Both the position numbers and the translations under genes were made by a program. From Chrysomallon squamiferum (taxonomy: Eukaryota > Animalia > Mollusca): a stretch of 64,000 bases of DNA. Where the stretch lies: assembly GCA_012295275.1 (NCBI GenBank), contig CM022677.1, positions 28,215,299 to 28,279,298 on the forward strand, given 5' to 3'. Positions within the stretch are counted from its first letter, which is position 1; the number at the start of each line of letters is the position of its first letter. Below, in pieces: positions 29,601 to 44,960 of this stretch. The notes beneath the pieces are model-generated. The model saw only the letters and a list, made by a program, of their open reading frames with translations, was not told the origin of the DNA and did not search any database.

Positions 29601-32600
29601 CTTCTTCCTGCATGTCACTGAGTCCTGTATCATTTTCAAGAGCTGTAATTCTTCAAGTGTCTTCTTCCTGCATGTCACTGAGTCCTGTATCATTTTGTAG
29701 AGCTGTAATTCTTCAAGTGTCTCCTTTCTACATGTCATTGAGTCCTGTATCATTTTGTAGAGCTGTAATTCTTCAAGAGTCTCCTTTCTACGACATTGAG
29801 TCCTGTATCATTTTGTAGAGCTGTAAACTCTTTCTTCAAGTGTCTTCTTTCTACATGTCATTGAGTCCTGTATTATTTTGTACAGCTGTAAACTCTTTCT
29901 TCAAGTGTCTTCTTTATGCATGTCATTGAGTCCTGTATTATTTTGTAGAGCTGTAATTCTTCAAGTGTCTTCTTTCTACATGTCATTGAGTCCTGTATCA
30001 TTTTGTAGAGCTGTAATTATTCAAGTGACTTCTTTCTGCATGTCATTGAGTCCTGTATTATTTTGTAGAGCTGTGATTCTTCACGTGTCTTCTTCCTGCA
30101 TGTCATTGAGTCCTGTATTATTTTGTAGAGCTGTAAACTCTTTCTTCAAGTGTCTTCTTCCTTCATGTCATTGAGTCCAGTATTATTTTGTAGAGCTGTA
30201 AATTCTTTCTTCTAATGTCTTCTTTCTACATCTGATTGAGTCCTGTATTATTTTCTAGAGCTGTAAACTCTTTCTTGAAGTGTCTTCTTTCTGCATGTTA
30301 TTGAGTCCTGTATTATTTTGTAGAGCTGTAAACTCTTTCTTCAAGTGTCTTCTTTCTTCATGTCATTCAGTCCTGTATTATTTTCTAGAGCTGTAAACTC
30401 TTTCTTCAAGTGTCTTCTTTCTTCATGTCATTGAGTCCTGTATTATTTTCTAGAGCTCAAACCTCTTTCTTCAAGTGTCTTCTTTCTGCATGTCATTGAG
30501 TCCTGTATCATTTTGTAGAGCTGTAAACTCTTTCTTCAAGTGTCTTCTTTATGCTTGTCTCTGTGTCCTGTATTATTTTGTAGAGCTGTAAACTCTTTCT
30601 TGAAGTGTATTCTTTATGCATGTCATTGAGTCCTGTATTATTTTGTAGAGCTGTAATTCTTCAAGTGTCTTCTTCCTGCATGTCACTGAGTCCTGTATTA
30701 TTTTGTAGAGCTGTAAACTCTTTCTTCAAGTGTCTTCTTCCTGTATGTCATTGAGTCCTGTATTATTTTGTAGAGCTGTAATTCTTCAAGTGTCTTCTTC
30801 CTGCATTTCATTGAGTCCTGTATTATTTTTAGCGCTGTAATTCTTCAAGTGTCTTCTTTATGCATGTCACTGAGTACTGTATCATTTTGTAGGGCTGTAA
30901 ACTCTTTCTTCAAGTGTCTTCTTTCTGCATGTCATTGAGTCCTGTATTATTTTGTAGAGCTGTAAACTCTTTCTTCAAGTGTCTTCTTTCTGCATGTCAT
31001 TGAGTCCTGTACTATTTTGTAGAGCTGTAAACTCTTTCTTCAAGTGTCTTCTTTCTGCATGTCATTGAGTCCTGTATCATTTTGCAGAGCTGTAATTCTT
31101 CAATTGTCTTCTTTCTGCATGTCATTGAGTCCTGTATCATTTTGTAGAGCTGTAATTTTTCAAGTGTCTCCTTTCTACATGTCATTGAGTCCTGTATCAT
31201 TTTGTAGAGCTGTAATTCTTCAAGAGTCTCCTTTCTACGACATTGAGTCCTGTATCATTTTGTAGAGCTGTAAACTCTTTCTTCAAGTGTCTTCTTTCTA
31301 CATGTCATTGAGTCCTGTATCATTTTGTAGAGCTGTAATTCTTCAAGTGTCTCCTTTCTACATGTCATTGAGTCCTGTATCATTTTGTAGAGCTGTAATT
31401 CTTCAAGAGTCTCCTTTCTACATGTCATTGAGTCCTGTATCATTTTGTAGAGCTGTAATTCTTCAAGTGTCTTCTTTCTGCATGTCATTCATCCCTGTAT
31501 TATTTTGTACAGCTGTAAACTCTTTCTTCAAGTGTCTTCTTTCTGCGTGTCATTGAGTCCTGTATTATTTTGTAGAGCTGTAAACTCTGTCTTCAAGTGT
31601 CTTCTTTCTGCATGTCATTGAGTCCTGTATTATTTTGTAGAGCTGTAAACTCTTTCTTCAAGTGTCTTCTTTCTGCATGTCATTGAGTCCTGTATTATTT
31701 TTAGCGCTGTAATTCTTCAAGTGTCTTCTTTATGCCTGTCACTGAGTACTGTATCATTTTGTAGGGCTGTAAACTCTTTCTTCAAGTGTCTTCTTTCTCC
31801 ATGCCATTGAGTCCTGTATTATTTTGTAGAGCTGTAAACTCTTTCTTCAAGTGTCTTCTTTCTGCATGTCATTGAGTCCTGTATTATTTTGTAGAGCTGT
31901 AAACTCTTTCTTCAAGTGTCTTCTTTCTGCATGTCATTGAGTCCTGTATCATTTTGCAGAGCTGTAATTCTTGAATTGTCTTGTTTCTGCATGTCATTGA
32001 GTCCTGTATCATTTTGTAGAGCTGTAATTCTTCAAGTGTCTCCTTTCTACATGTCATTGAGTCCTGTATCATTTTGTAGAGCTGTAATTCTTCAAGAGTC
32101 TCCTTTCTACGACATTGAGTCCTGTATCATTTTGTAGAGCTGTAAACTCTTTCTTCAAGTGTCTTCTTTCTACATGTCATTGAGTCCTGTATTATTTTGT
32201 ACAGCTGTAAACTCTTTCTTCAGGTGTCTTCTTTATGCATGTCATTGAGTCCTGTATTATTTTGTAGAGCTGTAATTCTTCAAGTGTCTTCTTTCTACAT
32301 GTCATTGAGTCCTGTATCATTTTGTAGAGCTGTAATTATTCAAGTGACTTCTTTCTGCATGTCATTGAGTCCTGTATTATTTTGTCTAGCTGTGATTCTT
32401 CACGTGTCTTCTTCCTGTATGTCATTGAGTCCTGTATTATTTTGTAGAGCTGTAAACTCTTTCTTCAAGTGTCTTCTTCTTTCATGTCATTGAGTCCTGT
32501 ATTATTTTGTAGAGCTGTAAATTCTTTCTTCTAATGTCTTCTTTCTACATCTGATTGAGTCCTGTATTATTTTCTAGAGTTGTAAACTCTTTCTTCAAGT

Positions 32601-34093
32601 GTCTTCTTTCTGCATGTTATTGAGTCCTGTATTATTTTGTAGAGCTGTAGACTCTTTCTTCAAGTGTCTTCTTTCTTCTTGTCATTCAGTCCTGTATTAT
32701 TTTCTAGAGCTGTAACCTCTTTCTTCAAGTGTCTTCTTTCTTCATGTCATTGAGTCCTGTATTATTTTCTAGAGCTCAAACCTCTTTCTTCAAGTGTCTT
32801 CTTTCTGCATGTCATTGAGTCCTGTATCATTTTGTAGAGCTGTAAACTCTTTCTTCAAGTGTCTTCTTTATGCTTGTCTCTGTGTCCTGTATTATTTTGT
32901 AGAGCTGTAAACTCTTTCTTGATGTGTATTCTTTATGCATGTCATTGAGTCCTGTATTATTTTGTAGAGCTGTAATTCTTCAAGTGTCTTCTTCCTGCAT
33001 GTCACTGAGTCCTGTATTATTTTGTAGAGCTGTAAACTCTTTCTTCAAGTGTCTTCTTCCTGCATGTCATTGAGTCCTGTATTATTTTGTAGAGCTGTAA
33101 TTCTTCAAGTGTCTTCTTCCTGCATGTCATTGAGTCCTGTATTATTTTTAGCGCTGTAATTCTTCAAGTGTCTTCTTTATGCATGTCACTGAGTACTGTA
33201 TCATTTTGTAGGGCTGTAAACTCTTTCTTCAAGTTTCTTCTTTCTGCAAGTCATTGAGTCCTGTATTATTTTGTAGAGCTGTAAACTCTTTCTTCAAGTG
33301 TCTTCTTTCTGCATGTCATTGAGTCCTGTATTATTTTGTAGAGCTGTAAACTCTTTCTTCAAGTGTCTTCTTTCTGCATGTCATTGAGTCCTGTATCATT
33401 TTGCAGAGCTGTAATTCTTCAATTGTCTTCTTTCTGCATGTCATTGAGTCCTGTATCATTTTGTAGAGCTGTAATTCTTCAAGTGTCTCCTTTCTACATG
33501 TCATTGAGTCCTGTATCATTTTGTAGAGCTGTAATTCTTCAAGAGTCTCCTTTCTACGACATTGAGTCCTGTATCATTTTGTAGAGCTGTAAACTCTTTC
33601 TTCAAGTGTCTTCTTTCTACATGTCATTGAGTCCTGTATTATTTTGTAGAGCTGTAATTCTTCAAGTGTCTTCTTTCTACATGTCATTAAGTACTGTATT
33701 ATTTTGTAGAGATGTAAACTCTTTCTTCAAGTGTTTTCTTTGTAGATGTCATTGAGTACTGTATTATTTTGTAGAGCTGTAATTCTTCAAGTGTCTTTTT
33801 TCTGCATGTCATTGAGTCCTGTATTATTTTGTAGAGCTGTAAACTCTTTCTTCAAGTATCTTCTTTCTACATGTCATTGAGTACTGTATTATTTTGTAGA
33901 GCTGTAAACTCTTTCTTCAAGTGTCTTCACAAAGGTGACTGTGCAGCTGATCCAGTGGCTAGAAGTATATTTAAAAACAAGTCTGAATCATTAGGATGTG
34001 GTAAAGTTGTTTTTTTTCTTTGTTAATAATCTTCTTCTTCTTGTTCTTCTTCTTCTTCTTCTTCTTCTTCTTCTTCTTCTTCTTCTTCTTCTT

Positions 34094-34171
<78 letters not shown>

Positions 34172-34819
34172 TAATAAACATTTGCTATCCTTGGTAAATA
34201 TTGAATTAAACAAATATTTATAAATTGATTTGGTTGACTATTTCGTTTTGAATTAAATCTTGTATTGTATATAGAAATATAAAACTCTGTTTACGAAAGG
34301 TTAATTAAAAGCAGAGTGTGTACTATGTTGACTTACACTGAACAATGAACAAACGCAACAAGCCATCACACTCAGACAAACCAAGAGACACTTGTATATT
34401 TATTTATTTATTTATTTATTTTATTTAATATTTCATTATTTATTTAGTTATTTATGTTCTTATGTATTTATTTATGTATTTGTTTATTTATTTGTTACAG
34501 TTTCAAAATGTAAGAGTATACTGAATTCGTGTAAAGCAGACTTTCAAACTTATATTGAGGTTCGAATGAAAACACAAGTAGATGAAAAAGACATTTGCAC
34601 GTAAGTAGCCTAGTTTCAAAAACTTTATATTATTAAATATGATTTTTTCATTTAGTACACTTAATAGTATTGTTCTTAAAAAGATGTTTCTATTTTGTTC
34701 AGGTTTCCTATTAACACAATTTCTTTAAGATGTGTTGTTGTTGTTGTGTGTGTATGTGTGTGTCTTGCACATGCTTGCATACACCTATGTGCCAGGATGA
34801 AGAAATTCCCACAATGGTG

Positions 34820-34856
<37 letters not shown>

Positions 34857-37800
34857 ACACACACACACAAACACACAATAGAGACACAACTGAAACATAT
34901 GCACACAGAGATATACACACACAAACACATACACACATACTGTAGACACAAACACAGACACACACAGAGAAACACACAGACACAGATATATATACAAAAC
35001 ACACACACAGAGACACAGAGACACACACACAGACACACATATACACAGAGAGACACACACACAATAGTAATTACTGTTATTTACAGAGCAGGTAACAAGT
35101 TCTTAATGTGTGTCCAAAACTACAACTGTGATTATAACAGAGAGATGAAGCTCAGAACTGATTCTATCACAGACAGCGTCAACAGATTTGGCTGCAGTAA
35201 GTAAACATTTGTATATATAATACTGTCATCACTGATTTAAAACACATGTATTTGTTCATTATAAGAGATTGTAAACTTTTGTATATATAATACTGTCATC
35301 ACTGATTTAAAACACATGTATTTGTTCATTATAAGAGATTGTAAACTTTTGTATATATAATACTGTCATCACTGATTTAAAACACATGTATTTGTTCATT
35401 ATAAGAGATTGTAAACATTTGTATATATAATACTGTCATCACTGATTTAAAACACATGTATTTGTTTATTATAAGAGATTGTAATTGACCTGTAAACTAC
35501 TTGAGTAGGTTTGACTCTGAGAGCTATAATAAAGCTAACTAGATTACTGGCAGATTCCCTCTGTGCTTTTTATAGCAAATTTCTTCTTTTTATGTGTGTG
35601 TGTGTGTACATACAAACACACATATCTAGTAGAAATAGTTATATATACAGCTTTGTGTACATTAGTAACATTCTCGTAGAAATAGTTATATATACAGCTT
35701 TGTGTACATTAGTAACATTCTCATAGAAATAGTTATATGTACAGCTGTGTACACTAGTAACATTCTAGTAGAAATATTTATATATACAGCTTTGTGTACA
35801 TTAGTAACATTCTAGTAGAAATATTTATATGTACAGCTGTGTACACTAGTAACATTAGTAGAAATAGTTATATATACAGCTTTGTGTACATTAGTAACAT
35901 TCTCATAGAAATATTTATATATACAGCTTTGTGTACATTAGTAACATTCTCATAGAAATAGTTATATATACAGCTTTGTGTACATTAGTAACATTCTAGT
36001 AGAAATATTTATATGTACAGCTGTGTACACTAGTAACATTAGTAGAAATAGTTATATGTACAGCTTTGTGTACATTAGTAACATTCTAGTAGAAATAGTT
36101 ACATACACAAAAACTGAACTTCTCTGATTATAGATTAAAATCTTCCTAAGTCGTAATCACAAATATTAAAAAAGGGTTATTTGTGAAAAACCCACAAAAA
36201 CCCCCCAACAAATATGTAACATTTACAGGGACAGTCTGATACACGCGATGCACATAAACACACACACACACAAACACATAATATATAGTTAATGTAATTA
36301 TTTCTTGTTTTTCAAAGTGCTGCCAGAAGCTGTGATAATGAAATGTAATGTATTTGCTTTTGCTTCTTGTCCTCAAATAGAAGCTGATCATAATACTACA
36401 CTTAGAAAAATGTGCAGGTAAGTGTGATCAAGTCTTTTAGTATAGACTAGGACACTGGTTACAGAAGTCATTTAGTATAGACTAGGACACTGGTTACAGA
36501 AGTCATTTAGAATAGACTAGGACATTGGTTACAGAAGTCTTTTAGTATAGACTAGGACACTGGTTACAAAAGTCATTTAGTATAGACTAGGACACTGGTT
36601 ACAGAAGTCATTTAGAATAGACTAGGACACTGGTTACAAAAGTCATTTAGTTTAAACTAGGACACTGGTTACAGAAGTCATTTAGTTTAAACTAGGACAC
36701 TGGTTACAGAAGTCATTTAGTATAGACTAGGAGACTGGTTACAGAAGTCATTTAGTATAGACTAGGACATTGGTTACAGAAGTCTTTTAGTATAGACTAG
36801 AAGACTGGTTACAAAATTCATTTCGTATAGACTAGGACACTGGTTACAGAAGTCATTTAGTTTAAACTAGAAGACTGGTTACAAAATTCATTTCTTATAG
36901 ACTAGGAGACTGGTTACAAAAGTCATTTAGTTTAAACTAGGAAACTGGTTACAGATGTTCTAATAAAGAGAATAGTAATAGTAGAAGCTCTATAGTTCAT
37001 AACAGAAGTAAAAGGGTATTGGTAACAATAGATCTGTAATAACAATAACAGTGGTAGCAGAAATACTGAAAGAGTTATTCATAGTTTGTAACACCAGAAT
37101 TGTATTAGTAACAGGTTCATAATACAGTGAAATAGTAGTAACAGACGTAGAAATACAGTGAAATAGTAGTAAGAGAAGTAGATATAACATGAAATAGTAG
37201 TAACAGAAGTAGTAATAATTGTGAAATAGTAGTAACAAGTAGTAATAACAGTGAAATAGCAGTAGCAGAAGTAGTAATAACATGAAATAGTAGTAACAGG
37301 AGTGGCAATAACATGAAATAGTAGTAACAGGAGTGGCAATAACATGAAATAGTAGTTTACAGAAGTAGTAATAACAGTAAAATAGTAGTAACAAGTAGTA
37401 ATAACAGTGAAATAGCAGTAGCAGAAGTAGTAATAACATGAAATAGTAGTAACAGGACTAGTAATAACATGAAATAGAACTAAAATTCTAGTAGAAATAG
37501 TTATAGAGCTTCGTGTAAATTAGGAACACTAGTAGAAATAGTTATATATATACCTTTGTGCACATTAGTAACATTAGTAGAAATAGTTATATATACAGCT
37601 ATATGTACATTAGTAGAAATAGTTATATATACAGCTATATGTACATTAGTAACATTAGTAGAAATAGTTATATATATACCTTTGTGTACATTAGTAACAT
37701 TAGTAGAAATAGTTATATATACAGCTTTGTGTACATTAGTAACATTAGTAGAAATAGTTATATATACAGCTTTGTGTACAGTAGTAATATACTAGTAGAA

Positions 37801-40513
37801 ATATTTATATATACAGCTTTGTGTACATTAGTAATATACTAGTAGAAATATTTATATATACAGCTTTGTGTACATTAGTAACATTCTAGTAGAAATAATT
37901 ATATATACAGCTATATGCACATTAGTAACATTAGTAGAAATAGTTATATATACAGCTTTGTGTACATTAGTAACATTAGTAGAAATATTTATATATACAG
38001 CTTTGTGTACATTAGTAATATACTAGTAGAAATATTTATATATACAGCTTTGTGTACATTAGTAATATACTAGTAGAAATATTTATATATACAGCTATAT
38101 GCACATTAGTAACATTAGTAGAAATAGTTATATATACAGCTATATGCACATTAGTAACATTAGTAGAAATAGTTATATATACAGCTTTGTGTACAGTAGT
38201 AATATACTAGTAGAAATATTTATATATACAGCTTTGTGTACATTAGTAATATACTAGTAGAAATATTTATATATACAGCTTTGTGTACATTAGTAACATT
38301 CTAGTAGAAATAATTATATATACAGCTATATGCACATTAGTAACATTAGTAGAAATAGTTATATATACAGCTTTGTGTACATTAGTAACATTAGTAGAAA
38401 TATTTATATATACAGCTTTGTGTACATTAGTAATATACTAGTAGAAATATTTATATATACAGCTTTGTGTACATTAGTAATATACTAGTAGAAATATTTA
38501 TATATACAGCTATATGCACATTAGTAACATTAGTAGAAATAGTTATATATACAGCTATATGCACATTAGTAACATTAGTAGAAATAGTTATATATACAGC
38601 TTTGTGTACAGTAGTAATATACTAGTAGAAATAGTTATATATACAGCTTTGTGTACATTAGTAATATACTAGTAGAAATATTTATATATACAGCTTTGTG
38701 TACAGTAGTAATATACTAGTAGAAATATTTATATATACAGCTTTGTGTACATTAGTAACATTAGTATAAATAATTTATTATGATACCAGTACATAGTAGT
38801 TGAAGGTTAGTAATGATAGTTGTAAATGCAGTAATAGAAATTGAGGTAGTGAAATTAGTAATGGTAGTGGTAATGATATAATTGATAATACTAGTAGTAA
38901 ATGTAGCAGTGTTGATAGTATTACAATTTGCTTTTCACAGAAATGTTTACCAGCACTTCAGGTGTTCTCAACAAGCTGGTTGTGTGAATGATCCAGAGGT
39001 CAAAGATAGATTTGGCAGATTGAAAAATATAGTTCAAGGTTTTGGATGTGGTATGTTTTCTGTTTTCCTGTAAGACTTCATGTTCTCAAGTTGAATGTTT
39101 GTATGATCTTGTAATTAAGGATAAAAATGCAATTGAATATTTTGGTGTGTTTTCTATTTCTCCATAAGACTTTTGTATGGCTGTTTATGTTACATGTATG
39201 TTGTTGTCAGAAAGATTGTTATTATTTTATTTTACTTTTTATTTATAATTACTAATCATTATGGTTACAGATATGAACCTGACTGTGTATCCTAGATGTA
39301 CAGCTGTTGCTGAAGTTAAGTGTCATAAAGACTTTGATGCTTCCATTGATGCTATAAACCTTGTTACCAGTAAATACAGGAGACTGTACATTTGCAGGTA
39401 AGCAGTTTAAATGTGTTTTAATTCTTACTCTGTGAAGCACACGTAGTAATTCTATATTAATATTATTTAAATACCTTTATATAAGTGTCTGTTTATCAAA
39501 TAAACAAATATCAGTAATAATAATGTTGTTTATAATGAATATAATAATAATAATTTTGGGCATAATAATACAAAAATAAAATAAAGAATAATTAAGATTT
39601 ATATTTGTATTATCTGACAGAGCAGCAAACTCACTTCGTCTCTGCCTGCAGCGAGCAGGCTGCTCTGCAGGACCTGTCAGGATGAACACGCAAACCTGGA
39701 TAACCAAAATAAAGAACTTAGGATGCTGTATGTTGTTATTTTCTAAAACTTAACTAACAAGTGTGTACCCTAATGATTTGAGGCAGTGAATGATAACTAA
39801 ATAAACTTAACTAACAAGTGTGTATCCTAATGATTTGAGGCAGTGAATGATAACTAAATAAACTTAACTAACAAGTGTGTACCCTAATGATTTGAGGCAG
39901 TGAATGATAACTAAATAAACTTAACTAACAAGTGTGTACCCTAATGATTTGAGGCAGTGAATGATAACTAAATAAACTTAACTAACAAGTGTGTATCCTA
40001 ATGATTTGAGTCAGTGAATGATTGCTAACTAACTTAACTAACAAGTGTCTATCCTAATGATTTGAGGCAGTGAATGATTGCTAAATAAACTTAACTAACA
40101 AGTGTGTACCCTAATGATTTGAGGCAGTGAATGATAACTAAATAAACTTAACTAACAAGTGTGTATCCTAATGATTTGAGTCAGTGAATGATTGCTAACT
40201 AACTTAACTAACAAGTGTCTATCCTAATGATTTGAGGCAGTGAATGATTGCTAAATAAATTTCTAATACACTATGAGTCGCTGCATGTCAATCATTCCTT
40301 CCAGTAATCCATCAACATTTTAGCAAACATTAAGCTAGGTTTTTTCTTTCTGTCAGATAATGATATTGATGATAATAATGATTATTAATGCTGGTCTTGT
40401 TGTTTTTATTATTATTATTTTTATTATTATTATTATTATTATTAATTATTAACTATTACTATTATCATTAATTATTGTTATTGTTATTTATTATATTTAT
40501 TATTATTATTATG

Positions 40514-40573
<60 letters not shown>

Positions 40574-43500
40574 GATTTTTATTATTACAGATGTGTATCC
40601 AGAATGCAGTGAGGTGAATGTGTCATCTTGTAAACAGAATTTAAAATCAGATTTTCAAACTGCTCTGACAACACTAAACAACACTTTAATGTGCAGGTGA
40701 GAACTTTGTACTGAGAACAATACTGAATTAGATAGTTCATACATAAACACAGCCATGTTGAAAAAAACTAAAGTGTAGTTAGTCCATACATAAACACAGT
40801 CACGTTGTAAAAACTAAAGTGTAGTTAGTTTCATACATAAACACAGTCATGTTTTAAAAACTAAAGTGTAGTTAGTTTCATACATAAACACAGCCATGTT
40901 TTAAAAACTAAAGTGTAGTTAGTTTCATACATAAACACAGCCATGTTTTAAAAACTAAAGTGTAGTTAGTTTCATACATAAACACAGTCACATTGTAAAA
41001 ACTAAAGTGTAGTTAGTTTCATACATAAACACAGCCATGTTTTAAAAACTAAAATGTAGTTAGTTTCATACATAAACACAGCCATGTTTTAAAAACTAAA
41101 GTGTAGTTAGTTTCATACATAAACACAGTCATGTTGAAAAAACTAAAGTGTAGTTAGTCTATACATAAACACAGCCATGTTTTAAAAACTAAAGTGTAGT
41201 TAGTTTCATACATAAACACAGCCATGTTTTAAAAACTAAAGTGTAGTTAGTTTCATACATAAACACAGCCATGTTTTAAAAACTAAAGTGTAGTTAGTTT
41301 CATACATAAACACAGCCATGTTTTAAAAACTAAAGTGTAGTTAGTTTCATACATAAACACAGCCATGTTTTAAAAACTAAAGTGTAGTTAGTTTCATACA
41401 TAAACACAGTCATGTTTTAAAAACTAAAGTGTAGTTAGTTTCATACATAAACACAGTCACATTGTAAAAACTAAAGTGTAGTTAGTCCATACATAAACAC
41501 AGTCATGTTTTAAAAACTAAAGTGTAGTTAGTTTCATACATAAACACAGTCACATTGTAAAAACTAAAGTGTAGTTAGTTTCATACATAAACACAGCCAC
41601 ATTGTAAAAACTAAAGTGTAGTTAGTCCATACATAAACACAGTCATGTTTTAAAAACTAAAGTGTAGTTAGTTTCATACATAAACACAGCCACATTGTAA
41701 AAACTAAAGTGTAGTTAGTTTCATACATAAACACAGCCATGTTTTAAAAACTAAAGTGTAGTTAGTTTCATACATAAACACAGCCATGTTTTAAAAACTA
41801 AAGTGTAGTTAGTCTATACATAAACACAGCCATGTTTTAAAAACTAAAGTGTAGTTAGTCTATACATAAACACAGCCATGTTTTAAAAACTAAAGTGTAG
41901 TGTTTTAAAAACTAAAGTGTAGTTAGTCCATACATAAACACAGCCATGTTTTAAAAACTAAAGTGTAGTTAGTCCATACATAAACACAGCCATGTTTTAA
42001 AAACTAAAGTGTAGTTAGTTTCATACATAAACACAGTCATGTTTTAAAAACTAAAGTGTAGTTAGTTAGTTTCATACAGTTAGTTTCATACATAAACACA
42101 GCCATGTTTTAAAAACTAAAGTGTAGTTAGTCTATACATAAACACAGCCATGTTTTAAAAACTAAAGTGTAGTTAGTTTCATACATAAACACAGCCATGT
42201 TTTAAAAACTAAAGTGTAGTTAGTTTCATACATAAACACAGCCATGTTTTAAAAACTAAAGTGTAGTTAGTCCATACATAAACACAGCCATGTTTTAAAA
42301 ACTAAAGTGTAGTTAGTTTCATACATAAACACAGCCATGTTTTAAAAACTAAAGTGTAGTTAGTTTCATACATAAACACAGCCACATTTTAAAAAAAACT
42401 AAAAGTTGTGTTAGTTATGTTTCATACATAAACACAGCCATGTTTTAAAAACTAAAGTGTAGTTAGTTTCATACATAAACACAGCCATGTTTTAAAAACT
42501 AAAGTGTAGTTAGTCTATACATAAACACAGCCATGTTTTAAAAACTAAAGTGTAGTTAGTCCATACATAAACACAGTCACATTGTAAAAACTAAAGTGTA
42601 GTTAGTCCATACATAAACACAGTCATGTTTTAAAAACTAAAGTGTAGTTAGTCTATACATAAACACAGTCACATTGTAAAAACTAAAGTGTAGTTAGTTC
42701 ATACATAAACACAGCCATGTTTTAAAAACTAAAGTGTAGTTAGTTTCATACATAAACACAGCCATGTTTTAAAAACTAAAGTGTAGTTAGTCTATACATA
42801 AACACAGCCATGTTTTAAAAACTAAAGTGTAGTTAGTCCATACATAAACACAGCCATGTTTTAAAAACTAAAGTGTAGTTAGTCTATACATAAACACAGT
42901 CACATTGTAAAAACTAAAGTGTAGTTAGTTCATACATAAACACAGCCATGTTTTAAAAACTAAAGTGTAGTTAGTCCATACATAAACACAGCCATGTTTT
43001 AAAAACTAAAGTGTAGTTAGTTTCATACATAAACACAGCCATGTTTTAAAAACTAAAGTGTAGTTAGTTCATACATAAACACAGCCATGTTGAAAAAAAA
43101 CTAAAGTGTAGTTAGTCCATACATAAACACAGTCATGTTTTAAAAACTAAAGTGTAGTTAGTTCCATACGTATAAGTATATGCAGTAACTGTCTGTCTTT
43201 TTACACATATATAAGTATATGCAGTAACTATTTGTCTTTTTACACATATATAAGTATATGCAGTAACTATCTGTCTTTTTACAGATATATAAGTATATGC
43301 AGTAACTGTCTGTCTTTTTACACATATATAAGTATATGCAGTAACTATCTGTCTTTTTACACATATATAAGTATATGCAGTAACTGTCTGTCGTTTTACA
43401 CATATATAAGTATATGCAGTAACTGTCTGTCGTTTTACACATATATAAGTATATGCAGTAACTGTCTGTCGTTTTACACATATATAAGTATATGCAGTAA

Positions 43501-44806
43501 ATGTCAGTCTATCCATCCCACTGTAAAAGTGTTTTTATTTTGTCAGTGCTGGAGACAATTTTCTTGGCTGTATGGAAAAGTCAGGTTGTTTTGATGATCA
43601 AAGTTCCAAACCAAAACTTGAAAGAATCAAATACAACATGAAACATGTTGGATGCAGTGAGTACTGATACTACTGACAATGTTTGTGTCCACCCCATATC
43701 ATTCAGCTACAATACCGCTGTATCACTATCACTATTTATCACTACCATTACTATTTCTATTGTCATTACCAGCTTTACCACATTTTACTATTACTATAAT
43801 CCTGTTAGCAATAGCCAGTACATATAACACTATCACTATAATGTTTACAATAAACACAAATGTCACAATTATTATTATTATTCTGAAACAAACTACAAAT
43901 AATTTCACAACAGCTATTGCTGTTACTTACATGCTAACAGAACCATAATTAATCATTACCATGACTAATAGACTATTAATACTGTTACCATTACTAATAC
44001 ACTATTAATACTGTTACCATTGCTAATACACTATTAATACTGTTACCATTGCTAATACACTATTAATATCATAACCATTGCTAATACACTATTAATACTG
44101 TTACCATTGCTAATACACTATTAATATCATAACCATTGCTAATACACTATTAATACTGTTACCATTGCTAATACACTATTAATATCATAACCATTGCTAA
44201 TACACTATTAATATCATTACCATTGCTAATACACTATTAATATCATAACCATTGCTAATACACTATTAATATCATTACCATTACTAATACACTATTAATA
44301 TCATTACCATTACTAATACACTATTAACACTGTTACCATTACTAATAGACTATGAATACCACAAGTAATACACTATTAATATGCAGTATCCCCTGTTACC
44401 ATTACTAGCTGCATTATTATTAGTTAAGTGTAGTAAACTATTAGTAACAAGTGGTAATATTACTAGCATGCACTAGAACTACAACTATGAGTATTTAAGA
44501 GTTTTGATAGATGGTTAACATTAATTAAAAGAACAAAGTTTAGTTATTTTGGTGGTTTTTAATCAGATCTGACACCCAGGATATATGAAGAGTGCGACAA
44601 TGAGGCTGCCAAATCATGTTTCACAGTTGCTAGCAGAAGCTTCATGCAGTTCAGAAGTGACGTAACAGACAGTGGAAAAGTTTTGACATGCAGGTAACAA
44701 CAGACTATATGCATGTAACAAACACACACACACACACACACACTCAAACTTGGAAACATATAAACACATTTAAACTGACAGTTATATACTGAATACAAAC
44801 AACAAA

Positions 44807-44849
<43 letters not shown>

Positions 44850-44911
44850 AAACTTGGAAACATATAAACACATTTAAACTGACAGTTATATACTGAATAC
44901 AAACAACAAAC

Positions 44912-44960
<49 letters not shown>

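Noticed and set aside
28355-33584. CRISPR-like array or standalone repeat-protein gene
   Set aside because: Units are contiguous with no unique spacers, the context is eukaryotic, and the unit is explained by the adjacent splice site.
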